NCBI GenBank assembly: GCA_963809425.1
Contig: CAWEJK010000013.1
Coordinates: forward strand, 49,359 to 113,358
Length of the DNA stretch: 64,000 nt
Direction of reading: 5' to 3'
Origin: Thermoanaerobaculia bacterium
GTDB lineage: Bacteria; Acidobacteriota; Thermoanaerobaculia; UBA5066
In this document: piece by piece, positions 40,575 to 49,544 of the stretch
Numbering within the stretch: the first letter of the stretch is position 1
How the letters are laid out: every line of letters starts with the position of its first letter
Made by a program: the position numbers and the translations under genes
Notes under the pieces: model-generated
What the model was told of the DNA's origin: nothing
The model's input: only the letters and a program-made list of their open reading frames with translations
Database searches by the model: none

Positions 40575-42500
40575 TCAGTACTTCAGGCGCGCGTTCGGAA
40601 ACGGATCGATCTGAAGCTCCCGGTGGAACGCGTAACGCTGCATCGTGAACGCCCGCGTCGGACAGCGGCTCGCGCACATCGAGCAGCGGATGCAGGCGGT
40701 CTCGTCCTTGAGCATGGCGCCGCCGAGCGCGTCGAGCTCGGCCGGCTCGAGGGCGGCGAGCGCCTCCTTCGTGATCCCGAGCTGCTCCTCGGCCATCGTC
40801 ATGAGGCGCGGGTCGGCCGCGACCTGAGAGAGGCCCACGAGGTGGAGACAATCGTCCGGGCAGACGTCCACGCACCCGTTGCACGCGATGCAGTGCTGGG
40901 CCTCGAAGAACGTCTGGACGTCGCAGCGCAGGCAGCGCTCGGCCTGGCGGCGCGCGTCGGCCTCGGCGTAGTTGCGCTCGACGAGACGGTCGGCCGCGGT
41001 GGGCAGCTCCTCGAGACGCGGGGCCTCCGACGGCGGCAGGCGGCGCTCCTCGACCTCCCAGTCCTCCCCCATCGTGTACGAAGCCGGCGACCACGCGTAC
41101 CTGAGGACGACCTGCGTCGTGGACCTCCGGAGGTAGTCGTGGATGCTCCGGGCTGCGACCTGGCCGGACGCGATCGCGTCGATGAAGAGGCGCGGGCCGA
41201 GGACGACGTCGCCGCCCGCGAAGACGTCCGGGCGGGACGTCTGGAGCGTCTCGGAGTCGACCTTCACGAGGCCGCGGTCCGTCAGCTCGATGCCGTCCTC
41301 GGGCGTCAGGAAGTTGAATTCCGCGCTCTGGCCGATCGCGAAGATGACCGTGTCCGTTTCGATCGTCTCCCGCGCCGCCTCGTCGAACTTCGGGTTGAAG
41401 CGTCGTTCGGAGTCGAAGACGGACAGGCATGCCGCGAACTCGACGCCCGCGACCTTGCCGTTTCCGAGGATCGCGCGCGGGCCGAGCGACGTGTGGAGGC
41501 GGAGCCCCTCGTGGAGGCCCTCGTCGATCTCGACCGCGTCGGCCGGCATCTCCTCGCGCGACTCGAGGCAGGCGATGCGGACCTCCGTGACGCCGGCCCG
41601 GCGCACCGCCGTGCGCGCGACGTCCGCCGTCACGCGGAAGTCCTCCGACTCGTCGGCGTCGCTCCGGAGCGCGGTGCGGGCGACATCGAAGGCGACGTTG
41701 CCGCCGCCGATGACGAGCACGCGCGGCCCGATCTCGATCCTCTGGCCGAGGTTCACGAGCTTCAGGAACTCGAGGCCGTTCACGACGCCCGGGAGGTCGG
41801 CGCCGGGGATCTTGAGCCGGCGGCTGCCCTGCAGGCCCGCGCCGATGAAGAAGGCCGCGTAGCCCTCGCGGCGCAGGTCGGACAGCGTGAGGCCGGGCGC
41901 GCCCACGCGCGCGTTGAGCCTCAGCTCGACGCCGAGGGACAGGATCGCGTCGATCTCGGCCTTCACGAGCCCGCGCGGCAGGCGGTAGAGAGGAACCCCG
42001 AGCGTCAGCATGCCCCCCGGCACGGAATTCGCCTCGAAGACGGTCACGGCGTACCCGGCCCGGGCCAGGTCGTGGGCGACCGTGAGGCCGCCCACACCCG
42101 AGCCGATCACGGCGATCTTCTCCGCGTAGGCTCCCTTCGGGATGAGCATCCGCCCGTCGGCGAAGCGGTGGTACTTCTCGGAGCCGCCGGTCTCGGCGCC
42201 GTGCAGCTCGCACGCCCAGCGCTTGATCGCGCGGATCGAGACGGAAGCGTCCACGCTCCCGCGGCGGCAGGCGGCTTCGCACGGGGCGCCGCAGATGCGC
42301 CCGCAAATCGAGACGAAGGGGTTCGTCGCCCGCGCCGCCGCGTAGGCGTCCTCGTCCCGGCCCTCGGCCACGGCCGTCACGTAACCGCAGGCGTCCGTGA
42401 AGACCGGACAGCCGACGCGGCACTTGACCTGCTCGACCCAATATCGCTCGGCGTCCGGGATCCGGAGCGTTCGATACGCGGAAGAGATGGCCGTGTCCAT
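40575..42500 (-). CDS. GltD-like NAD(P)H/FAD oxidoreductase fused to Fe-S cluster domains
   Basis: 641-aa ORF. N-terminal Cys clusters (CRVGCPVFTDAC, CGRICGAPCEAAC). Dinucleotide folds (KIAVIGSGVGGLTVAHDLARAG, RVLVIGGGNVAFDVART). C-terminal 2x[4Fe-4S] ferredoxin (CLRCDVQ..., CIACNGCVDVCP, CIRCSMCASRCP). Confidence 0.85.
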   Translation of the reverse strand: MDTAISSAYRTLRIPDAERYWVEQVKCRVGCPVFTDACGYVTAVAEGRDEDAYAAARATNPFVSICGRICGAPCEAACRRGSVDASVSIRAIKRWACELHGAETGGSEKYHRFADGRMLIPKGAYAEKIAVIGSGVGGLTVAHDLARAGYAVTVFEANSVPGGMLTLGVPLYRLPRGLVKAEIDAILSLGVELRLNARVGAPGLTLSDLRREGYAAFFIGAGLQGSRRLKIPGADLPGVVNGLEFLKLVNLGQRIEIGPRVLVIGGGNVAFDVARTALRSDADESEDFRVTADVARTAVRRAGVTEVRIACLESREEMPADAVEIDEGLHEGLRLHTSLGPRAILGNGKVAGVEFAACLSVFDSERRFNPKFDEAARETIETDTVIFAIGQSAEFNFLTPEDGIELTDRGLVKVDSETLQTSRPDVFAGGDVVLGPRLFIDAIASGQVAARSIHDYLRRSTTQVVLRYAWSPASYTMGEDWEVEERRLPPSEAPRLEELPTAADRLVERNYAEADARRQAERCLRCDVQTFFEAQHCIACNGCVDVCPDDCLHLVGLSQVAADPRLMTMAEEQLGITKEALAALEPAELDALGGAMLKDETACIRCSMCASRCPTRAFTMQRYAFHRELQIDPFPNARLKY

Positions 42501-42507
42501 TCGAGCG

Positions 42508-42819
42508 CTACTCGCCTTCCTCGCGCGACGTGAAGGCGAAGGCGAGGAGCCCGACCACGAAGGCGAGAAGGATCACGCCGATCACGGCGTGCCAGCCGGC
42601 GCCCGGGACCTGCATGATCCTGTTGGCCTCCTGGACGAGCGTCCCGCGCGAGGCGTGCGTCGTCTCGCCTGCCCAGTAGGTCCAGAGATACCAGAGGCCG
42701 AACAGGCAGAAGCCGACGTAGGTGAGCTTGAGAAACGTCGGGATGGGCGTCCCGGCGCGCTCGGTGATCCAGCCTCCCGCCAGCTCGTGGAGTTTCCCGC
42801 TGTCAGGCTTGTCAGCCAT
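42508..42819 (-). CDS. 103-aa two-TM membrane protein (possible CcoQ-like subunit)
   Basis: GGAGG precedes the ATG. Two hydrophobic helices (LKLTYVGFCLFGLWYLWTYW; AVIGVILLAFVVGLLAFAF). Tightly packed in the cbb3 operon. Confidence 0.6.
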   Translation of the reverse strand: MADKPDSGKLHELAGGWITERAGTPIPTFLKLTYVGFCLFGLWYLWTYWAGETTHASRGTLVQEANRIMQVPGAGWHAVIGVILLAFVVGLLAFAFTSREEGE

Positions 42820-42988
42820 TTCTTCCTCCCCTGTCGTCGTCGAGCATCCGGTATTTCGGGGCCTCGTCGTCCTTCATCGCGCCGGTTCTGACCGCCCACA
42901 CGAGGAGGCAGAGCGCGGAGGCGACGAACGACGCCATGAGGGCGTAGACGCCGTAGATCGGATGCCACGCGGCGAGCGTCACGTTCAC
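42812..42988 (-). CDS. ccoS: CcoS/FixS-family cbb3 maturation protein (58 aa)
   Basis: The GTG start overlaps the ccoO stop (GTGA). VNVTLAAWHPIYGVYALMASFVASALCLLVWAVRTGAMKDDEAPKYRMLDDD fits the FixS pattern (W-A-x-R/K-x-G-x-x-D-D...L-D-D-D). Confidence 0.65.
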   Translation of the reverse strand: MNVTLAAWHPIYGVYALMASFVASALCLLVWAVRTGAMKDDEAPKYRMLDDDRGGRNG

Positions 42989-43554
42989 TGCTCGTAGTCC
43001 TGGGCGGGCCGCCAGTCCTTCTGGCGTCCGAGGCTCTGGATGTAGGCGACGAGGGCGTCCAGCTCCTTCGGGTCGTTCGCGATCCACGTGAACGGCGGCA
43101 TGACGGAGCCCGGAACGAGCGCGCGCGGGTCGCGGAAGTGCGTCACGTGCCACTGCCTGTCGTACTTGCCGCCGACGCGCGAGAGGTCCGGCCCGATGCG
43201 CCGGGTTCCGAACATGTGGGGGCTGTCGTAGACGAACTCGTCCGGCGTCGAAACGGGGCTCCTGACCCCGCGCCAGCCGTAGCGAACCGTGTCCGCCTCG
43301 ATCGTGCGCGTCTGCTGCGTGTGGCAGTACCAGCAACCCTCGCGGACGTAGATCGCGCGGCCCCGCATGATGTTTCCCGAATTCGCGTCGCCCGATTTCG
43401 CGAGCGCCGCATGGTTCTTGAGGCCCGGAACGGGCTTCGTCCAGCTTGCGTCGAAGAACGGGGGCGCGAACGTCGTCAGGATCGCGCCGATCGCGAAGAA
43501 CCCGACGGCGCCGCCGATGAAGAGCCCGCTCGATTTGTCGACTTTGCTCAGCAT
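42985..43554 (-). CDS. ccoO: cbb3-type cytochrome c oxidase subunit II (CcoO, monohaem)
   Basis: 189-aa ORF with an N-terminal TM, haem motif CWYCH, and HMFGTRRIGPDLSRVG. Confidence 0.92.
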   Translation of the reverse strand: MLSKVDKSSGLFIGGAVGFFAIGAILTTFAPPFFDASWTKPVPGLKNHAALAKSGDANSGNIMRGRAIYVREGCWYCHTQQTRTIEADTVRYGWRGVRSPVSTPDEFVYDSPHMFGTRRIGPDLSRVGGKYDRQWHVTHFRDPRALVPGSVMPPFTWIANDPKELDALVAYIQSLGRQKDWRPAQDYEQ

Positions 43555-43564
43555 GGCGCGCTCC

Positions 43565-44965
43565 TTACGCGGCGAGGGCGGCCGCGCGGTCGCGCCGTCC
43601 CGTCCACGTCATGAGGAGGTTCCAGAAGAAGATCAGGATGCCGAGGAACATGAGCGTGCCGCCGAGGAGGCGCACGAGCCAGTACGGCTTGATGAACTTC
43701 ACCGTGTCGATGAACGGGATCGAGACGTCGTTCCACTGGAGGCCCTGGAGGAACCCGCCGATCCACAGCGACACGAAGAACGAGAGCCCGCCGATGAGCC
43801 ACAGCCAGAAGGTGGCGTTCGCGAGCGTTTCGGAGTGGAGCTTCGTCTTCAGGATCCGCGGGATCGCGTAGTACGCGGCGCCGATCGCGAAGAACGAGAA
43901 CGCGCCGAGGACCGCCATGTGCGCGTGGCCGACGATCCAGTCCGTCTTCGAGACGATCGCGTTGACGCTGCGCAGCGAGTGCATCGGGCCCTGGAAGCAG
44001 GTCAGGAGGTAGAAGATCGTCCCCGTCATCAGGAACTTGATCGGGACGTTGTCCTTGAGCTGGTGCCACTGGCCCTTCATCGTCGCGAGGAAGTTCCAGA
44101 CGAGGCTCCAGACCGGGATCATGAGCATGACGGAGAAGAGGATCGCGACCGTCTGCAGCCACTGGCTGATCGGCCCGTGGAGCATGTGGTGCGCGCCCGT
44201 CCAGACGTAGACGAAGGCGAGCGACCAGAAGCCGACCATCGAGAGCCGGTGGGAGTAGAGCGGCGTCTCGGCGGCCTTCGGGATGAAGTAGTAGCCGATC
44301 CCGAGGCCGAGCGGCGTGAAGATGAGGCCGACCGCGTTGTGGACGTAGAACCAGTTCAGGTTCGCCTGGTTCGTGCCCGACGTGAACATCGTCGCGAAGT
44401 TCCCGACGATGTAGACGACGGCCGTCCACAGGATGCCGCCCACGATGTACCAGATCGCGACGTACATCTGCTCGTACTTGCGCGTCACGACGGTCATGAT
44501 GATGTTCAGGCCGAACATCACCCAGGCGATCGTGACGAGGACGTCCAGGACGAACGGCAGCTCGGCGTACTCGAGGCCCTGCGACATCCCCGCGACGAGC
44601 GTCACGACGGCGCCCAGGACGATGGCGATCCAGAGCCAGAGCGTCGCGAGACCGAGCTTCTCGCTCCAGAGCTTCACGCCGCAGAGCCTCGGAATCATGT
44701 AGAAGCAGAGGCCCATGTCGGCGGCGAGCAGCCAGCCGAAGAGCATCCCGTTCGTGTGGACGGGGCGGAGCCGGCCCCACTGGAGCCACGAGATGTTCCC
44801 GAGGAGCGTCGGCATGTTCATCTTGCCGGCGACGACGAGGGCCACGAGGCCGGAGACCACGAAGAAGACCGAGGCGACGAGGATGAAGCCGAACGCGGCC
44901 TTGTCCTCGTGCTCCACCCCCGGGACGGGCGTGCCGGGTCCGGCCGCGGCCGCGCTGCTGCTCAT
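43565..44965 (-). CDS. ccoN: cbb3-type cytochrome c oxidase subunit I (CcoN)
   Basis: 466-aa, 12-TM ORF with conserved haem/CuB His regions (WTGAHHMLHGP, VGHAHMAVLGAFSFF). Confidence 0.92.
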   Translation of the reverse strand: MSSSAAAAGPGTPVPGVEHEDKAAFGFILVASVFFVVSGLVALVVAGKMNMPTLLGNISWLQWGRLRPVHTNGMLFGWLLAADMGLCFYMIPRLCGVKLWSEKLGLATLWLWIAIVLGAVVTLVAGMSQGLEYAELPFVLDVLVTIAWVMFGLNIIMTVVTRKYEQMYVAIWYIVGGILWTAVVYIVGNFATMFTSGTNQANLNWFYVHNAVGLIFTPLGLGIGYYFIPKAAETPLYSHRLSMVGFWSLAFVYVWTGAHHMLHGPISQWLQTVAILFSVMLMIPVWSLVWNFLATMKGQWHQLKDNVPIKFLMTGTIFYLLTCFQGPMHSLRSVNAIVSKTDWIVGHAHMAVLGAFSFFAIGAAYYAIPRILKTKLHSETLANATFWLWLIGGLSFFVSLWIGGFLQGLQWNDVSIPFIDTVKFIKPYWLVRLLGGTLMFLGILIFFWNLLMTWTGRRDRAAALAA

Positions 44966-44969
44966 GCGG

Positions 44970-46739
44970 TTACCTCCCTGCCGTGCTGCGGATTTCGGCG
45001 ACCTTCGCCGGCTCGCTCTTCGGAGCAGGCCGTGTCAGGCCGGTGATGTAGTTGATGACGTCTCCGATCGCCTTGTCGTCGAGGGCGAAATCGAAGCCGG
45101 CGGCCGGCATCGCCGTGCCCTGGACGCCGTACTTGATGCTCTCGTGGAGGCGCGCGTACGTGACGGACCCGACGAAGGGCGCGTTGCGCAGGTTCCGCGG
45201 CCGCGGCTGGATGTCGGCCGCGTTCGGACCGTTGCCGTCGGCTTTCTTGCCGTGGCAGCCCCAGCAGCGGTTCAGGAAGACGGCCTCGCCTCTCGCGACG
45301 CTCTCCCTGGAGAACGGAACCGGATTCGTCGCCGGAATCACGCGCCCCTTCGGCACCTGCGCCGTGGAGCCCTTCGACCACGTCTCGAGGACGTAATCGA
45401 CGAGGGTCAGCGCTCCGTCGGCGCCGAGGACCTTTCCCCAGGGCGCCATGCTCGTCCCGGGCACGCCGTTCATCACGCCGGCGACGAGGCGATCCTTCGT
45501 CTTGGTCCGCATGAAGGCGGCCTTCGACAGGTCCCGCGGCTTCGGGTCGAGGTACGTCGCGATGACGCCGTCCGCCTGCCCTTTCTCGCCGTGGCACCGC
45601 GAGCAGAGCGCCTGGAACCGCTCCGCGGGACCGGCCGGAACCTCCGGAGCTTTCCGCGCGAGCAGATAGCGGGTGAGCGAGTCGAAAATCTCGCTCGGAA
45701 GCGGATACGGGGGCATCAGCGAGCCGGGCACGACGCTCTTCGGGTTCTCGAAGTGCCCGACGAGCCACGCGGCGTCGCGCTGCTCGTTCGTGAAGGCGAG
45801 GTCGGGCCCGACGCGGCCGTCCCGCGCGTCCAGCTTGTGGCAGGAGAGGCACCCGACCTTCGGCAGGAGGGCCTCCCCCCGCGCCGCAGCCTCCAGCTTT
45901 TCGACGGCGGCCGCGCCGGGGCCGACGATGACCGACAGCGGCAGCCACTTCGGCCGCTCGGCCCGGGCCGAGACGAACTGCGTCAGCGGAGCCTCTGAAA
46001 TGTGGGCGCCCTGCTGGGCTTTGAGGAAGCTGACGAGCGCGGTGCGCTGCTCGCCCGTCAGGTCCTGCATCGGCATCGTCGAGACGGGGTTCGAGCCCCT
46101 CGGATCACGGATCTTCCAGAGAACCCAGTCGACCCTCCGTTTGACGCCTTCCGTCGAGAGCTCGGGTCCGATCGATCCGGACGAGAGGCCCGCGATCGTG
46201 TGACAGGTGTAGCAGGCCCGCTCGAAGAAGAGGCGCCTCCCCTGGTTGACGAGGGGCGCTCCGTCCCAGCCCGGCTCGGCGTGGCACTGGACGCAGTTGG
46301 CCTGGATCAGCTCCTTCGGCAGGAGCGGCCAGATCCAGTCTTCCCCTCCCTCGTGGGCGCCCGCCTTGTCGACGGCTCGCCCCTGCCCGTCGTGACAGAT
46401 CGTGCACCCGAACGTCTCGAACCGGTGGGTCCCGGGGAGCGGCGGGTGCGTCCGGAGCGGCTGGTCGGCCTTCGCAAAGCGCGGGTCGTCGGCCGCGATG
46501 TGGCAGCTCATGCAGCGGTCGACGCGCTCGGCGCCGAAGCTCCGGACGAGCACCTGCTCGATCTGCGGCGTCCGGGCCGCGAGCGTGGCCTTCACGGCCG
46601 GGCTCTCGGACTTCGCCGCTGCCTCCGAGAAGTAGCGCGCCTGGTGGTCCTGCCATTTCGCGAAGAACTGGTTGTAGAAGACGACGCCGTGGATGGCGAG
46701 GACGACGACGGAGATGACGGCGAGCGCGGTTCGCATCAT
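44970..46739 (-). CDS. membrane-anchored heptahaem c-type cytochrome
   Basis: 589-aa ORF with an N-terminal TM and seven CxxCH motifs (CMSCH, CTICH, CVQCH, CYTCH, CLSCH, CSRCH, CWGCH). The last three lie in class-I-like modules. Confidence 0.88.
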   Translation of the reverse strand: MMRTALAVISVVVLAIHGVVFYNQFFAKWQDHQARYFSEAAAKSESPAVKATLAARTPQIEQVLVRSFGAERVDRCMSCHIAADDPRFAKADQPLRTHPPLPGTHRFETFGCTICHDGQGRAVDKAGAHEGGEDWIWPLLPKELIQANCVQCHAEPGWDGAPLVNQGRRLFFERACYTCHTIAGLSSGSIGPELSTEGVKRRVDWVLWKIRDPRGSNPVSTMPMQDLTGEQRTALVSFLKAQQGAHISEAPLTQFVSARAERPKWLPLSVIVGPGAAAVEKLEAAARGEALLPKVGCLSCHKLDARDGRVGPDLAFTNEQRDAAWLVGHFENPKSVVPGSLMPPYPLPSEIFDSLTRYLLARKAPEVPAGPAERFQALCSRCHGEKGQADGVIATYLDPKPRDLSKAAFMRTKTKDRLVAGVMNGVPGTSMAPWGKVLGADGALTLVDYVLETWSKGSTAQVPKGRVIPATNPVPFSRESVARGEAVFLNRCWGCHGKKADGNGPNAADIQPRPRNLRNAPFVGSVTYARLHESIKYGVQGTAMPAAGFDFALDDKAIGDVINYITGLTRPAPKSEPAKVAEIRSTAGR

Positions 46740-46743
46740 CGGG

Positions 46744-48132
46744 TCACCTCGCTCCCGCCGGAGGGGTAGCGGGCGTTTCCGGCGCCGGCACTGCTGCGGC
46801 GGGCGGCTTTGCGCCGTGGATGTCGACCCGTTTCTCCCAGGGAACGATGAGGTCCCAGTTCGCGCCGCGGAAGAACGTGCCGATCACGATGAATACGAGG
46901 TTCGTGATGAGAAAGAGGGCGAAGACGGTCGAGGAAAGGATCCGGTGTCGTGAGAACCAGACGCCGACGCCCTTCTGCGACCGGTCCAGGTACGGGAGGA
47001 GGAGGAGCCCGATCACGAAGAGCGTGGGAACTCCGATTCCGCCCCAGAACGCCGAGTACGAGACCATCTCCTGGAGACCCAGGAAGTACCACGGGGCCTT
47101 CGACGGGTTCGGCGGGAGGTTCTGGTTCGCGGGCGACTCGAGCGGCGCGTTGAAGAGGAGCGCCACGACGAGCACCGCGAGGAGCGTGAGGGAGAAGCAG
47201 AGAAGCTCGGCCACGAAGAGGTTCGGCCAGGAGTAGACCGTGTTGTCGGGGGTGCTCCCGACCTTGTTGAAGGGACCGCGGACGATTCCCATCACGCCGA
47301 ACGTCTTCGTCTTCTGCGTCTTGGCGCGAGGCGCGAGCCCCTCGAGCTTGCCCGCGAGCGCGTCCGGGTACTTCGGCTGCGCCTCCGGGGCGTCCGACCC
47401 CTCCGGGCGCGAGAGGCCGCCGTCCTTTCGAATGCGCCAGAAGTGAACGCCGAGGAGCGTCGTGATGGCCACCGGGAGGACGGCGACGTGGAGGACGTAG
47501 AAGCGAATGAGGGCTTCCTGCCCGACGACGCGGTCGCCGAGGAGGAGGAACCGGATCTGCTCCCCGACGAGCGGCGCGTATCCCGCGATGGAGGTCCCGA
47601 CCGTGACGGCCCAGAAAGCGAGCTGGTCCCAGGGGAGAAGGTACCCGGTGAACGACTCGAACATCGTCAGGAGGAGGAGGACGATGCCGACGACCCAGTT
47701 GAACTCACGGGGCGGCTTGTAGCTGCCCGTGAAGAAGACGCGGCACATGTGGAGGATGACGAGGGCCACCATCCCGTGCGCCGACCAGCGGTGCATGTTG
47801 CGCAGGAGGACGCCGAATGCGACGGTTCCCTTCAGGTCGAGCATCCGGTTGTACGCCGTTTCGACGGAGGGGACGTAATAGAACATCAGAAGAACGCCGG
47901 TCACCGACAGGATCACGAAGAGGCTCAGGGATATGACGCCGAGCCCGAGCGTGTACGCCGGCCGGAGCGAGTTGACGTGCGTCTTGACCGGGTGGACGTG
48001 CAGGAAGAGGTTCGAGAAGGTCGTCTGCGAGCGCCCGAGGTCGGACGACGGGAGCGGGTTTCGGAAGATCGAGTCCCAGACGTTGGCCGGAAGCGACCGG
48101 AGGTTCCGCAGGAAGCCGGGTTCGCGCTGCAT
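46744..48132 (-). CDS. cytochrome b (fused b6 + subunit-IV-like) of a Rieske/cyt b complex
   Basis: 462-aa polytopic ORF ([59 protein letters not shown]). Confidence 0.9.
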   Translation of the reverse strand: MQREPGFLRNLRSLPANVWDSIFRNPLPSSDLGRSQTTFSNLFLHVHPVKTHVNSLRPAYTLGLGVISLSLFVILSVTGVLLMFYYVPSVETAYNRMLDLKGTVAFGVLLRNMHRWSAHGMVALVILHMCRVFFTGSYKPPREFNWVVGIVLLLLTMFESFTGYLLPWDQLAFWAVTVGTSIAGYAPLVGEQIRFLLLGDRVVGQEALIRFYVLHVAVLPVAITTLLGVHFWRIRKDGGLSRPEGSDAPEAQPKYPDALAGKLEGLAPRAKTQKTKTFGVMGIVRGPFNKVGSTPDNTVYSWPNLFVAELLCFSLTLLAVLVVALLFNAPLESPANQNLPPNPSKAPWYFLGLQEMVSYSAFWGGIGVPTLFVIGLLLLPYLDRSQKGVGVWFSRHRILSSTVFALFLITNLVFIVIGTFFRGANWDLIVPWEKRVDIHGAKPPAAAVPAPETPATPPAGAR

Positions 48133-48144
48133 CTTTCGCTCCGC

Positions 48145-48624
48145 TCAGACCTTCAGGAACGTGCCGGCCGGGACGGCCTCGGCCGTGTCGACCTCGAGGT
48201 CGCCGCTCGGCGACAGCGAGACCCTGAACCAGGGAAGCGCGCGAGGGGCGGGACCCCCGAGGACCGCGCCGTCGGCGTCGAACCGGCTGCCGTGGCATGG
48301 ACAGTCGAATCCGATCTCCGTCGTCGCGATCACGCACCCGAGGTGCGTGCACGTGTTCGAGATCGCGGCCATGCCCGCATCGGTCCGGACGATCGTGATC
48401 CGCTGGCGGGTCATCGGGAGGCGCGTTCCGAGCGGGAAGGCCTCCGGCCGGCCGATCCGGGAGCGCGAGGGCTCGCCATACGTCACGCGCGGCTTGAAGA
48501 AGAGCAGGTTCGAGAAGATGGCGACGGCGTTCGCGCCGAAGAGAGAGACCACGCTCGTGATCGTCAGCGCCCTTCGCCGGCTCATCGTCATGCTCGGTTT
48601 GGCCGTCCCGGTCGGAATCGTCAT
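48145..48624 (-). CDS. Rieske [2Fe-2S] subunit with Tat signal
   Basis: CTHLGCV...CPCHGSRF. Twin-arginine motif MSRRRALT. ATG 48624 overlaps the upstream stop (ATGA). The ORF is open up to 48747. Confidence 0.88.
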   Translation of the reverse strand: MTIPTGTAKPSMTMSRRRALTITSVVSLFGANAVAIFSNLLFFKPRVTYGEPSRSRIGRPEAFPLGTRLPMTRQRITIVRTDAGMAAISNTCTHLGCVIATTEIGFDCPCHGSRFDADGAVLGGPAPRALPWFRVSLSPSGDLEVDTAEAVPAGTFLKV

Positions 48625-48818
48625 GTCCGCCTCCGCGGTTCGGTGTGCGGACCCGCACCGTCGCCGTTTTCGTCGGCGATGTCGGGCCAGAAAAGCTGTT
48701 CCTTGGTCTTCTCGAGGTCGCGGAACTGTCCTCTGCGGACGCCCCACGCCCAGGCGAGGGCGCCGGCGATCCCCATCGAGATGCCGGCGGCGAACAACAT
48801 GACCGTGATGGTCATCAT
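48621..48818 (-). CDS. second CcoS/FixS-like small membrane protein (65 aa), first gene of the operon
   Basis: MMTITVMLFAAGISMGIAGALAWAWGVRRGQFRDLEKTKEQLFWPD fits the FixS pattern. Confidence 0.6.
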   Translation of the reverse strand: MMTITVMLFAAGISMGIAGALAWAWGVRRGQFRDLEKTKEQLFWPDIADENGDGAGPHTEPRRRT

Positions 48819-48895
48819 TTCGGCTTCACGCTCCGCGCACGAGGGAAGCCGCTTGTACCCTCATGGGATAAGCATTAGGAACTTGGAGCGTTTGC

Positions 48896-48921
48896 CTCCA
48901 TAGTTCATCTGCGCTATGGAG
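48896..48921. promoter_or_regulatory. perfect 8-bp inverted repeat CTCCATAG-N10-CTATGGAG upstream of the Rieske/cbb3 operon
   Basis: Lies in the 146-bp gap between the merR stop (48965) and the operon start (48818). It could be an operator or the merR terminator hairpin. No U-tract follows. Confidence 0.35.
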
Positions 48922-48964
48922 TCGCGGGACGGGACGGAGACGCCCCGCTACGGGAGCTTTCCGG

Positions 48965-49489
48965 TCAGGGCTCGGATCGCGAGAGGAGGGCCAGGATCTC
49001 CTTGAGCTCCGCGACGACGCGCGCGATCCGTGGGTCCGGCGCCGGCGGGGTTGCGACCGGCACCGTCTGTCCGCTGGCCGGCGACGTCTCGACGAACACC
49101 GGAGCGCTCACCCTCGAGGGTGACCGGCGCGCGAGAGGGCGCTCCGGGGGCTTCCCGGCCTTCTCGGAAGGCGTCTCGACCTTTCCCGCGTCGGCCGCGT
49201 CGAGGGCCGGACTCGCGTCGAGAGCGCGCGCGCCCGCCGCCTCGCTCTCGAGGCGCTTCTTCGCGCCCGCGATCGTGTAGCCCTCGTCGTAGAGAAGCCG
49301 CTTGATCTGCCCGATCAGCTCCAGCTCGCGCGCGCTGTACGTGCGGGGGCCGGGGATCGAGCGGTCGGCCGCGAGGAGCGGGAATTCCGACTCCCAGTAA
49401 CGCAGGACGTACGGCTGCACGTCCGCGATGCGGCAGACGTCCCCGATCTTGTAGCGGGCCTCGGAGTTCTCGCCCGGCGTTTGCGTCAT
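48965..49489 (-). CDS. MerR-family transcriptional regulator
   Basis: 174-aa ORF with an N-terminal MerR HTH (YKIGDVCRIADVQPYVLRYWESEF...YSARELELIGQIKRLLYDEGYTIAGAKKRL). Confidence 0.85.
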   Translation of the reverse strand: MTQTPGENSEARYKIGDVCRIADVQPYVLRYWESEFPLLAADRSIPGPRTYSARELELIGQIKRLLYDEGYTIAGAKKRLESEAAGARALDASPALDAADAGKVETPSEKAGKPPERPLARRSPSRVSAPVFVETSPASGQTVPVATPPAPDPRIARVVAELKEILALLSRSEP

Positions 49490-49499
49490 GTCGTCAGTC

Positions 49500-49518
49500 A
49501 GGCCGCCTCGGCCTTTTT
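49500..49518. terminator. hairpin AGGCCG-cct-CGGCCT with flanking T/A run between der and merR
   Basis: 6-bp stem with TTTTT on the plus strand (AAAAA upstream on the coding strand). Function uncertain. Confidence 0.3.
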
Positions 49519-49544
49519 AACACATCGACGGGCCGATCCGAACT

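Noticed and set aside
39139-42441. 1100-aa minus-strand ORF, the largest in the track. Also other long ORFs overlapping real genes: 40254-42533 (+), 9063-11048 (-), 43367-45046 (+), 3872-5350 (-), 16174-17385 (-), 12274-14079 (-).
   Set aside because: Their translations are Arg/Pro/Gly/Ala-rich low-complexity strings with no domain signatures. They lie out of frame or antisense to genes with clear homology (ccoG, gltD-like, omp85, ccoN, kinase and others). This is the typical stop-codon-poor artefact of high-GC DNA. Only the last 61 codons of the 1100-aa ORF were kept, as a separate small gene.
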